DNA of 64,000 nucleotides from Symbiobacterium thermophilum (GTDB lineage Bacteria > Bacillota > Sulfobacillia > UBA995): the NCBI GenBank assembly GCA_020725145.1, contig DYFO01000002.1:7777-71776 (forward strand), in the 5' to 3' direction. The notes under the pieces are model-generated. The model was given only the letters and a program-made list of their open reading frames with translations, did no database searches and was not told where the DNA came from. Below, piece after piece: positions 56,323 through 64,000 of this stretch. A program made the translations under genes and the position numbers. Numbering within the stretch: position 1 is the first letter of the stretch; the number at the start of each line of letters is the position of its first letter.

Positions 56323-57072
56323 TCACGCCTGCCCGTGCTCCAGAACTCGTCTCACCGCCTCCAGCATGTCCCCAGCCCGCTCGTGGACGGTGACCCGAGC
56401 CTGCCGATCATAAGGGGTCGCGGTGAGGTTGATGATGATCAGACTGCCCGCCAGCGCCGGCAAGGCGGCTGCCGGCCACACCTGAAGGCTGGATCCGACC
56501 ACCAGCATGAGATCGGCGCGGCGACTTTCCGCCTGTGCATCCTGAAAGCATGGGGGCAAAGGGTCGCCGAACAACACCACGTCGGGGCGAACCACCTCGG
56601 CGCACCGCGGGCAGCGCGGCGGGACGATCCCGCCGTCTACCTGCGCCAGCAGGTCGGTCATGGGCATCAGGTGCCGGCAGTCCATGCAGCTTCCAGTGCG
56701 GAGATGTCCGTGAATCTCCAGCACCCGGCGCGAACCGGCGGCCAGGTGAAGCCCGTCCACGTTCTGGGTGATAACCCCCTTGAGCAGGCCGCGTTCTTCC
56801 ATCCACGCCAGGGCCAGGTGCGCCCGGTTCGGGCTGGCGCCGCCAAAACGTTTCAGTGATAGAAAAGCCCGGTAAAACCGCTCGGGGTCGCGGGTGAGGG
56901 CTTGCACGGAAAGCTCGGCAACCGGGTCCCATCCGTCCCACAGCCCGCTACCGGGCGTTCGGAAGTCGGGCAGGCCGCTCTCGGTGGAGATCCCGGCGCC
57001 GGTGAGCGCCACGCAATAGCGGCTACCCGCGATCAGCGAGGCGATCTCGGCGACCGGATCAGTCACCGTCAT
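56323..57072 (-). CDS. cobB: NAD-dependent protein deacylase (Sir2/CobB family)
   Basis: 249 aa with GAGISTESGLPDFR, QNVDGLH and the Zn module CMDC...CPRC. Confidence 0.85.
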   Translation of the reverse strand: MTVTDPVAEIASLIAGSRYCVALTGAGISTESGLPDFRTPGSGLWDGWDPVAELSVQALTRDPERFYRAFLSLKRFGGASPNRAHLALAWMEERGLLKGVITQNVDGLHLAAGSRRVLEIHGHLRTGSCMDCRHLMPMTDLLAQVDGGIVPPRCPRCAEVVRPDVVLFGDPLPPCFQDAQAESRRADLMLVVGSSLQVWPAAALPALAGSLIIINLTATPYDRQARVTVHERAGDMLEAVRRVLEHGQA

Positions 57073-57086
57073 GGCCTGGAAGACCG

Positions 57087-58166
57087 CTAGATGTCGTTGG
57101 GGAAGATCTTGCCAAGCTCCTCCCCCTCCGTCGTTACCCTGAGGATACCCACGTGAACCGCCTTTGCCTGCCGCATGTCGACCTTCGTGAAGATGGTGGC
57201 GGTTTCCCGGGAAAAGTCGATTTGCGTCAGGACCCCGATTCCGAGCCAGTTTCCGTGGCCGTCGGTAAGGCCTACCAGAAGCTCACGCAGCCGTTCGACG
57301 CGGCTCGTGAAGATCTGCTCCACTCCTTCCTGCTCCTTCAGGCGGTCCAAACGGCGTTGCTCAAACGAACCGTCGAGCACGAGGTACAGCCCTTCCGGGA
57401 TCCATTCGGCGTGAACTACCGGACACCCCAGCCGCTGGCTCAAACTGGGATACTCCGACGGGCTCACGCGGCGACCGGTACGGTAGATCGTGCGTAGCAG
57501 GCTGACTTCGTCCAGACGGCACTCCTGCAGTCTGCCACCGGCCAGGTGAGCACGCAATGCGCGTTCGCGCAGCAGTTTACGCTGGTGACGCGACCGCGAC
57601 TGCGCGCGGGCGGAAGCTCTGACTCTTATCACCATGGGGCCGGCCAGGCGTTCCAGCGGGCGCAACAGGCTTTCCAGCTCGTTCTCACGTTGGAGCGCCA
57701 ATACGTAATCCGGTCGGATCAACTCAAATTTGAAGTGCTTGAGCACGCGGGCCGCCCTTCCCTGCACCAGTCCGGTGGTATCAAGGATGACGGCCTGCGC
57801 CCCACGGGCACGTGCCTCCGCGATCATGCGAGACGCTCCCACGAGCAGCGAGAGGCTGTGCCCTTCCGGCGAATTCGATCCCACGAAGTAGGCGGCATGC
57901 AGGGGCACGTCCGACATCCGCTCGATCTGGCCTTCCGGTATTCCCATCCCCACCGTCCCGGGAGGACCCAGGTCGGACTGCCCGATGTCGCCGTCCACCA
58001 CTGCAACCCGGACTCCGGTGGCGAGCAGCTGGTTAGTCAGGGAAACGGCGAGCGTGGTCTTGCCGGTGTCGGACGCGCCGACCAGCATCGCCACGCCCGG
58101 CCTGGAGGCCAACAGGTCGACCACTTTGTTCCAGGTCTTCATCGCGTATCGGCTCCCTGGCAGCAC
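57087..58166 (-). CDS. Clp1/Grc3-like P-loop polynucleotide 5'-hydroxyl kinase family protein
   Basis: 359 aa. MLVGASDTGKTTLAVSL...VAVVDGDIGQSDLGPPGTVG...ILDTTG matches the Clp1 P-loop domain pattern. An alternative ATG is at 58142. Confidence 0.65.
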   Translation of the reverse strand: MLPGSRYAMKTWNKVVDLLASRPGVAMLVGASDTGKTTLAVSLTNQLLATGVRVAVVDGDIGQSDLGPPGTVGMGIPEGQIERMSDVPLHAAYFVGSNSPEGHSLSLLVGASRMIAEARARGAQAVILDTTGLVQGRAARVLKHFKFELIRPDYVLALQRENELESLLRPLERLAGPMVIRVRASARAQSRSRHQRKLLRERALRAHLAGGRLQECRLDEVSLLRTIYRTGRRVSPSEYPSLSQRLGCPVVHAEWIPEGLYLVLDGSFEQRRLDRLKEQEGVEQIFTSRVERLRELLVGLTDGHGNWLGIGVLTQIDFSRETATIFTKVDMRQAKAVHVGILRVTTEGEELGKIFPNDI

Positions 58167-58235
58167 ATGTCCCGGCCCCTAGCTGCGTCGGCGGGGTGGC
58201 CGACCACCACACAGGCACCCGCGAACACGGCCGAC

Positions 58236-59240
58236 TCAACCATCCCCGGGCTCCTGATACCTGCCCTGGCGTCCACCGGTCGTGCCGCGGTACAGGTAAC
58301 GCTCCAACACCCGGTCGTATGGCGTCCAGGTCGTCTTTTGTTCTTCCGCGGACTGGAGGATCCGGTGAAACTGACGGGTACGCCCGGACAGGAGGTCGGC
58401 ATGAGCCAAGACGGCCGCCTCCAGTGTTTGCGGCACCACCGGCGCTCCCCAGGACGGCTCGCCGTGATGGCTCAGGATCAGGTGCAGCAGGCGGTAGCCC
58501 AGTTCCTCGGGAAACGCAAGGGCGGTCAGCCGCTCGGCGATCAGCTGGTAGCCCAGCACGGTGTGGCCCAGCAGCCGTCCTCGATCGGTGTACTCGATCA
58601 CCCAGTCGTATCTGAGCTCGTGGATCTTGCCCACGTCGTGCAGAAGGGCTCCGCACAGCGTCAGGTCGCGGTCGAGCGACGGGTAGAGCTCGGCCATGGT
58701 CAGCACCACGGTGGCCACTTCCAGGCTGTGCTCGGCCAGCCCTCCGAGGTAGGCGTGGTGGATCACTTTGGCGGCCGGTGCGCGCAGAAAAGCCCCCAGG
58801 AAGTCGGTGTCCGATAACAGGGACTCAAGCAGCGCCCTCAAAGACGGCTCGGACACCGTCCGACACAAGGTCCCGATCTCCGCCGCCATCTCGTCCGGGT
58901 TCCGCGCGCCTACCGGCAAGAAGTCCTCCGGGTGCACGTCCCCCTCTGCCACGGGTTCCAGCCGCTCCAAGTTAAGCTCGAGCCCGTCCCGGAATACCTC
59001 CACCGTCCCCACCGCGCGGAAGGGTCGCTCCACCTGGACGCTGGGAGCTATCTCGGAGGCACCCTCCCACACGCGGGCCTTGACCTGGCCTGTGGCATCG
59101 GCCAGCCACAACGCCAGGTAACAACCTCTTGCCGGGTCACGAAAGGAGCAAAGCGCCTTGCGAGCCACTACGAAGATGGAATCCACCCGCTCGCCCGGTC
59201 TGAGCTCGGCTACCCGCCGGCGTCGGCCCGCACCACTCAC
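58236..59240 (-). CDS. OB-fold + HD-domain phosphohydrolase (YhaM/Cbf1-like 3'-5' exoribonuclease family)
   Basis: 334 aa. An N-terminal OB-like segment (VDSIFVVARKA...LWLADATGQVKARVWE) is followed by an HD domain (HHAYLGGLAEHSL ... LLHDVGKI). Confidence 0.7.
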   Translation of the reverse strand: MSGAGRRRRVAELRPGERVDSIFVVARKALCSFRDPARGCYLALWLADATGQVKARVWEGASEIAPSVQVERPFRAVGTVEVFRDGLELNLERLEPVAEGDVHPEDFLPVGARNPDEMAAEIGTLCRTVSEPSLRALLESLLSDTDFLGAFLRAPAAKVIHHAYLGGLAEHSLEVATVVLTMAELYPSLDRDLTLCGALLHDVGKIHELRYDWVIEYTDRGRLLGHTVLGYQLIAERLTALAFPEELGYRLLHLILSHHGEPSWGAPVVPQTLEAAVLAHADLLSGRTRQFHRILQSAEEQKTTWTPYDRVLERYLYRGTTGGRQGRYQEPGDG

Positions 59241-59301
59241 GGCGTTATCCTCCCGGCACGAGGCTTCTCCGCGGCCGGCAAGCTTCCTTCCTGGGCCGCG
59301 A

Positions 59302-59850
59302 TCAAAACGCGGGTGGGTGCATCACGGCGATGATCTCCGAGGGCAGTTCGCCCGGGTTCGAGTAGCGGTGAGGGAGTCCGGGGCGAAAGAGAATGCTATC
59401 ACCTTGGGCCAGCCGGTAGGTCTCGTCGCCGATGCTGAGGTCGACCTCGCCCGACAGCACATAGCAGAATTCCTGGGCTTCGGCGCTGCCGTGGGCGAGG
59501 GGTTCGTGGGAGGTGGCCTCACCCGGAAGCAGGCGGGCCATCACTACCTCGATCGACGCGCTGTGGTGATCTGGAGAAAGCAGCTCGAATGCCACGTTGC
59601 GGTTGGGCCAGCGGCAGGACTTGCGCTGCCCTCGCCGCACGATGAACGAACCTTCCGACTCCGAGGCGAGCAGGCAAAAGACCGATGTCTCAAGCGCCCG
59701 GGCGATCTTGCGCAGCGACGAAAGGGAGGGGGTGGCCTGGTTTTGCTCCACCTGACTTAGAAAACCGGGGCTGAGCCCGGTGGCCGCCCCTACCTTCTGG
59801 AGTGTCAGCTTCCTGGCCTTCCGCATGCGACGGATGGTGTCACCGATCAT
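59302..59850 (-). CDS. XRE-family HTH regulator with a C-terminal cupin domain
   Basis: 182 aa with IRRMRKARKLTLQKVGAATGLSPGFLSQVEQN, then a cupin-like GEVDLSIGDETYRLAQGDSILF. Confidence 0.8.
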   Translation of the reverse strand: MIGDTIRRMRKARKLTLQKVGAATGLSPGFLSQVEQNQATPSLSSLRKIARALETSVFCLLASESEGSFIVRRGQRKSCRWPNRNVAFELLSPDHHSASIEVVMARLLPGEATSHEPLAHGSAEAQEFCYVLSGEVDLSIGDETYRLAQGDSILFRPGLPHRYSNPGELPSEIIAVMHPPAF

Positions 59851-59978
59851 CGTGCTTGGAGTTCACCTGCCAGTTCCCTTCCCCAAGAGCGAAGGGTGGA
59901 TTGTTTCAGGAGCGCAAGTCAGCTTCGACGGCATGGCTGCAAATCCCTGGTCGAGTTGTATGATCTTAGGTAAGCAGC

Positions 59979-61040
59979 TCAGTGGTAGAAAGGAAAGGCG
60001 ATCTGCTCGGGACGATCGCGTCCCGCGAGTCCCGAAACCCCAAGTCCGATAAGTCGGACCCGCTGCCTGTCGGCGTCGACGGTCAAGAGCAGACCCTTCG
60101 CCGCCCGTAGGAGAACCTGGGCGCTCGAAGTGGGAGCCGGCATGGTTCGGCTGCGCGTCAGGGTGGTGAAGTCCGCCAGGCGCACCTTCACGGTCACGGT
60201 CCTGGCTCGGAGCGCCGCTTCGATCAGCCGCCGCTCAAGGGCCTGGGCGAATTCCTCCAGCGCAGCCTCGAGCACGGCACGCTCACGGACGTCGCGGGGG
60301 AAGGTCAGCTCCTCGCTCAAGGACTTCACCGGATGGACGGGCTCGATCGGCCGATGGTCGATGCCCTGGGCGAGGCGCACGATCTCCTCCGCCCGCCGGC
60401 CGAAGGCCGGCCGCAACAGCGCCGGATCCACGCGGGCCACGTCACCGATACGGTACAGCCCGCGCTCGTGCAAGAAAGCCTCCCCGCGAGGGCCGATCCC
60501 CCATAGCCTACGGACCGGAAGGGGGGCGATCACCTCGCGGGCGCTCTCTGCAGGGATGACCAGCAAGCCGTCCGGCTTGTCGAGATCCGAGGCCAGTTTG
60601 GCCAAGAATTTGTTGAAGGAAACGCCTATCGAGGCGGTCAGATCGAGCTCCGAACGAATGGCGGCCTTCAGCAGCACCGCCTCCCCCGGCCCGTCGGCTC
60701 CCGGACCCAGGTCGAGGAAGGCCTCATCCAGCGAAAGCGGCTCCACCAGCGAAGTGAAGCGTTGGAAGAGGGCGAGCAGCTGCCGGGACACCTCGCGGTA
60801 GCGCGCCATGTCGACCGGCAGGAACACGGCCGAGGGACAACGGCGCCGGGCGACGCTCAGGGGCATGGCCGACTGCACGCCAAAGCGTCGGGCCTCGTAG
60901 GACGCGGTGGAAACCACCCCACGCCCTTCCAGCGGCCCGCCTACCACCACCGGTCGCCCCCGCAGCTGGGGCCGGTCACGCTGCTCAATGGCGGCGAAGA
61001 AGGCATCCATGTCCACGTGCAGGATACGCAGGTCAGACAC
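59979..61040 (-). CDS. dinB: DNA polymerase IV (Y-family)
   Basis: Core ILHVDMDAFFAAIEQRD...VSTASYEARRFGV. Probable GTG start at 61040; the longer track ORF would overlap kamA. Confidence 0.9.
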   Translation of the reverse strand: MSDLRILHVDMDAFFAAIEQRDRPQLRGRPVVVGGPLEGRGVVSTASYEARRFGVQSAMPLSVARRRCPSAVFLPVDMARYREVSRQLLALFQRFTSLVEPLSLDEAFLDLGPGADGPGEAVLLKAAIRSELDLTASIGVSFNKFLAKLASDLDKPDGLLVIPAESAREVIAPLPVRRLWGIGPRGEAFLHERGLYRIGDVARVDPALLRPAFGRRAEEIVRLAQGIDHRPIEPVHPVKSLSEELTFPRDVRERAVLEAALEEFAQALERRLIEAALRARTVTVKVRLADFTTLTRSRTMPAPTSSAQVLLRAAKGLLLTVDADRQRVRLIGLGVSGLAGRDRPEQIAFPFYH

Positions 61041-61063
61041 GGAGCTGCTCTCACCGCCCGTCG

Positions 61064-62356
61064 TCAGCAGTCCTTGTGTTCGGTCCGGCGGCGTCCGGCC
61101 CGCTCCAGTTCGCCGGGCTCCAGGAAAGGCGCCCTGCCCGCAAGGACGGCTCCGACACCGGACGCCAGCTCCTCGTGAAATCCTCCACAGGTAGGGCACC
61201 TTTCGCCTTCGCTATGTGGTGTCGGCGGCTCGCGGTAGGCACAGATGACCCCCTCATAGTTGCGGAGCACCAGGCGTTCCGGGGAGCGGGAGAGCACGTA
61301 CTCCGGACCCACGGGGATCTTCCCCGCCCCTCCGGGGCCGTCTATGCAGTAGGTAGGAACGGCCAGGCCCGAGGTGTGTCCCCTGAGGTACTCGATGATC
61401 TCCACACCACGCGCCGTGCTCGTTCGGAAGTGCTCGATCCCCCGCGAGAGGTCGCACTGGTACAGATAATAGGGACGAACCCGCGCCTTGAGCAGACCGT
61501 GAACGAGGCGGCGCATGACCACCGGGCAGTCGTTGACCCCCCGTAGCAGGACCGTCTGGTTGCCGATGGGTATACCCGCATCCGCCAGCCGAGCACAGGC
61601 TTCGGTGGCCGCGTCCGTCAGTTCCCGGGGATGGTTGAAATGCGTGTTAACGTAGACGGGGTGATACTTGCGGATGACGCGACACAGCTCGGAGGTGATC
61701 CGTTGCGGCAGCACGACCGGAGTTCGGGTGGCAAGCCGGATGATCTCCACGTGCGGGATGGCCCGGAGCTCCTTCAGCAGGTACTCGACGAGTGAGTCGG
61801 ACACCAGGAACGCATCGCCGCCGGAAAGCACCACGTCCCGCACCCGGGGGGTCCGGCGCACGTAGTCCAGTCGCTCTTCGAGCTGGGCCCGGGTCGGCGC
61901 GCGGTCCGTCTGGCCGGCCAGGCGTCGCCGTGTGCAGTGCCGGCAGTACATGGAGCACTGGTCGGTAACGATGAACAGCACACGGTCGGGATAGCGATGG
62001 GTGATCCCGGGCACCGGGGAGTCGGTCTCTTCGTAGAGCGGGTCCACCGGGTCGTCCTGGCCGCGGGTCGCCTCCGCCCGGCTGGGCACCGACTGCAGGC
62101 GTATGGGGCAGCCGGGATCGTGTGGATCGATCAGGCTTGCGTAGTACGGTGTGACGGCCATGCGGAAGGTCTTCAGGCATTCGCGGATGTCCCCGATCTC
62201 GGCATCCGAAAGCGGGATGACCTCCGCCAGTTGCTCCACGGTGGTGATCCGGTTGGCAACCTGCCACCGCCAGTCATTCCATTCCGCGTCGGTTACGTCC
62301 GCCCAGCGCGCTACCTCGCGGTGCGAGCGCCGGCCACCCTCAACCTGCGTGCGCAA
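61064..62356 (-). CDS. kamA: Lysine 2,3-aminomutase (radical SAM, PLP)
   Basis: 430 aa with CSMYCRHCTRRR (CxxxCxxC) and GGDA/GGDP-type motifs. The KamA-typical N-terminus reads WNDWRWQVANRI. Confidence 0.9.
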   Translation of the reverse strand: MRTQVEGGRRSHREVARWADVTDAEWNDWRWQVANRITTVEQLAEVIPLSDAEIGDIRECLKTFRMAVTPYYASLIDPHDPGCPIRLQSVPSRAEATRGQDDPVDPLYEETDSPVPGITHRYPDRVLFIVTDQCSMYCRHCTRRRLAGQTDRAPTRAQLEERLDYVRRTPRVRDVVLSGGDAFLVSDSLVEYLLKELRAIPHVEIIRLATRTPVVLPQRITSELCRVIRKYHPVYVNTHFNHPRELTDAATEACARLADAGIPIGNQTVLLRGVNDCPVVMRRLVHGLLKARVRPYYLYQCDLSRGIEHFRTSTARGVEIIEYLRGHTSGLAVPTYCIDGPGGAGKIPVGPEYVLSRSPERLVLRNYEGVICAYREPPTPHSEGERCPTCGGFHEELASGVGAVLAGRAPFLEPGELERAGRRRTEHKDC

Positions 62357-62395
62357 GTGCCTCGCCTCCTACCGGTTAGCCTGCCGAAAGCCGAC

Positions 62396-63838
62396 CTACG
62401 GCTTGTTTGCAAATTCCGTGCCGACCCGGCGATCCTCCCTGTCCAGCATCCGCAGCCGGTACTGCAGCGTTTGGCGGGGCAGACCGAGGCTGCGCGCCGC
62501 TTCCGAGATATTGCCGCCTGCCCTGGCGAGCGCCCGCCTGATGATCCCCTTTTCGTAGCTCTCCAGTAGGCTGCGGAGGGTCTGGTTCTCCCTCTGACCG
62601 CCGCCAGGCGCATCCGGACGCACAAGATACGCCGGCAGGTGTTCGGCCCGCAAGACCGGCTCGCCCCAACCGAGCACCAGCGCTCCCCGGATGGCTCCTT
62701 CCAGTTCGCGAACGTTCCCCGGCCATTCGTAGCTGCCGAAGAACTCCAGCACCTCGCGCGCGAGCTCCGGACGCCCGCGCTCCTCCGGATGATGCTTGGC
62801 CAAGAAGTGGTCGACCAGCAACGGAATGTCGTCGCGGCGCTCGCGGAGAGGCGGCAACTGGAGACAGACGCTGCTCAGCCGGGCGAAGAGGTCCTGACGG
62901 AGCCTGCCCTCGCGCACGGCCAGTGCCGGATCCTCGTTGCTGGAAGCCAGGATCCGAACGTCGACGGGGATGGGCCTCAACCCTCCCACCCTGCGGATGT
63001 ACCCGTCCTCCAGTGCTCTCAGCAGCTTCGCCTGCAGGGGCACCGGCATGCTCGCCAGCTCGTCCAAGAACAGGGTGCCTCCGTCGGCGGCCTCAAAGAG
63101 GCCCGGGCGATCGTGAGCCCCGGTGAAAGCCCCCCGCACCGAGCCGAACAGGATGCTCTCCAAGAGCTCGCCGGGTATGGCGGCGCAGTTCTGAGCGATG
63201 AAAGGGCGGTCGCGCCGCGGTCCTGCGTTGTGTATCGACTGGGCAAAGAGCTCCTTGCCGGTACCGGTCTCCCCAAACACAAACACCGGCACCGTTGCCT
63301 GGGCCGCCCTGACGGCCAGTGCCTTTATCTTCTCGAGCTGCGCATTCTCTCCCACGATGTCGGAGAAGGTGAACCTCGCCGTTCTGATCGCATCGGCCTG
63401 AACGCCGCCGCGGGCCAACCGGCTGCACCTGTCCTGCAAAAGAACGATCTTCTCTAGCAGTTCGCGCACTTTGGTGATGTCACGGGAGATGTCAACGGCA
63501 CCGATGAGCTCCTTGCCACGGAAGACGGGGAAGGTGGACGAAAGCACGGTCACGGTATGACCTTTCTCGGTGGTGAAGGTCTGCTGGCGGTTCAGCACCG
63601 GGTGGCCGGTTCTGAGCACCTCCAATAGCGTGCTGTCGGCGGGGCGAAGCGAAGGGTAAGCCTGAAGCACGTGCTTGCCGATCATGTCGTGGACTTCCAG
63701 CCGCTCGAACCGGGCTGCCTGGTCGTTGTAGAAGACGGTGTAGCCGTCGGCGTCCACGATGTGAATCGCTTCGTCCACCGCGTTGAGCACTGCCAGCAGG
63801 TGCTCCCTCTCCAGCCTCTGCGGGTGCGTCCGCTTCAC
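62396..63838 (-). CDS. Sigma-54-dependent transcriptional activator (PAS + AAA+ + Fis-type HTH)
   Basis: 480 aa with Walker A GETGTGKELFAQSIH, the GAFTGA loop (VRGAFTGA), ELGNVRELE-type (WPGNVRELE) and C-terminal NISEAARSLGLPRQTLQYRL. Confidence 0.9.
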   Translation of the reverse strand: MKRTHPQRLEREHLLAVLNAVDEAIHIVDADGYTVFYNDQAARFERLEVHDMIGKHVLQAYPSLRPADSTLLEVLRTGHPVLNRQQTFTTEKGHTVTVLSSTFPVFRGKELIGAVDISRDITKVRELLEKIVLLQDRCSRLARGGVQADAIRTARFTFSDIVGENAQLEKIKALAVRAAQATVPVFVFGETGTGKELFAQSIHNAGPRRDRPFIAQNCAAIPGELLESILFGSVRGAFTGAHDRPGLFEAADGGTLFLDELASMPVPLQAKLLRALEDGYIRRVGGLRPIPVDVRILASSNEDPALAVREGRLRQDLFARLSSVCLQLPPLRERRDDIPLLVDHFLAKHHPEERGRPELAREVLEFFGSYEWPGNVRELEGAIRGALVLGWGEPVLRAEHLPAYLVRPDAPGGGQRENQTLRSLLESYEKGIIRRALARAGGNISEAARSLGLPRQTLQYRLRMLDREDRRVGTEFANKP

Positions 63839-63913
63839 CGTCTTAGGCCCCCTGCCCGCTGCTTCGACGGACAGGGGTATCGCACCTGCCGAAAACTAGG
63901 CACCCACGGCCTC

Positions 63914-64000
63914 AATGGTGGTCAACCCGGTCACGAAGCTCCCACGTCTTGAATTCACGGATGAACTCCACCAGGGCTGCCGCCGCGGCTTCGAACATGC
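63914..64000 (-). CDS. C-terminal fragment of an unidentified minus-strand gene (runs off the window)
   Basis: Manual reverse translation gives ...MFEAAAAALVEFIREFKTWELRDRVDHH-stop. It is too short to classify. Confidence 0.3.

Noticed and set aside
56323-57072. A Sir2-domain protein as a possible antiphage (Thoeris/DSR-like) effector.
   Set aside because: It has the full housekeeping sirtuin signature (GAGISTESGLPDFR, QNVDGLH, a CxxC...CxxC zinc module) and a typical length of 249 aa. It has no fused or adjacent defence-type domains.

Overview
Very GC-rich bacterial chromosomal window. The gene content and order look Firmicutes-like: cdaA-cdaR-glmM-(glmS ribozyme)-glmS, tsaE-tsaB-rimI-tsaD and bshC. 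It resembles high-GC clostridial lineages such as Thermaerobacter, Symbiobacterium or Limnochordia, but this placement is an inference only.

Layout:
- 1-1363 (minus): a thiolase fragment and fdhD.
- 1.5-8.7 kb (plus): an oxidative-stress operon (rubrerythrin, a rubredoxin/flavin-reductase/ferritin-like fusion, desulfoferrodoxin), an ADP-forming acyl-CoA synthetase and tldD/pmbA.
- 8.7-64 kb: about 55 kb of uninterrupted, tightly packed minus-strand genes.

Most genes are housekeeping and are recognisable from catalytic motifs. I saw no CRISPR array, rRNA, intact tRNA, transposase or integrase.

Best candidate for an undescribed system (about 20.7-30.9 kb, possibly 18.6-32.7 kb): four membrane-protein genes of no family I recognise, followed directly by two diverged copies each of three components. 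These are a 620-aa GlmL/MutL-like actin-fold ATPase, a barrel-sandwich plus KOW-like protein, and a small helical protein with a hydrophobic core. No B12 mutase partner is present.

Other points of interest:
- a candidate ~125-nt sRNA with its own near-consensus promoter and intrinsic terminator between guaB and an ArsR-type regulator;
- a pair of thiolase-like proteins that appear to lack the nucleophilic Cys, next to two DUF35 proteins;
- a Clp1-like polynucleotide kinase paired with a YhaM-like OB/HD nuclease;
- several probable CTG start codons.

Limits: all family calls rest on motif and architecture recognition by eye, with no searches run. Coordinates of small hand-mapped sites may be off by 1-2 nt.
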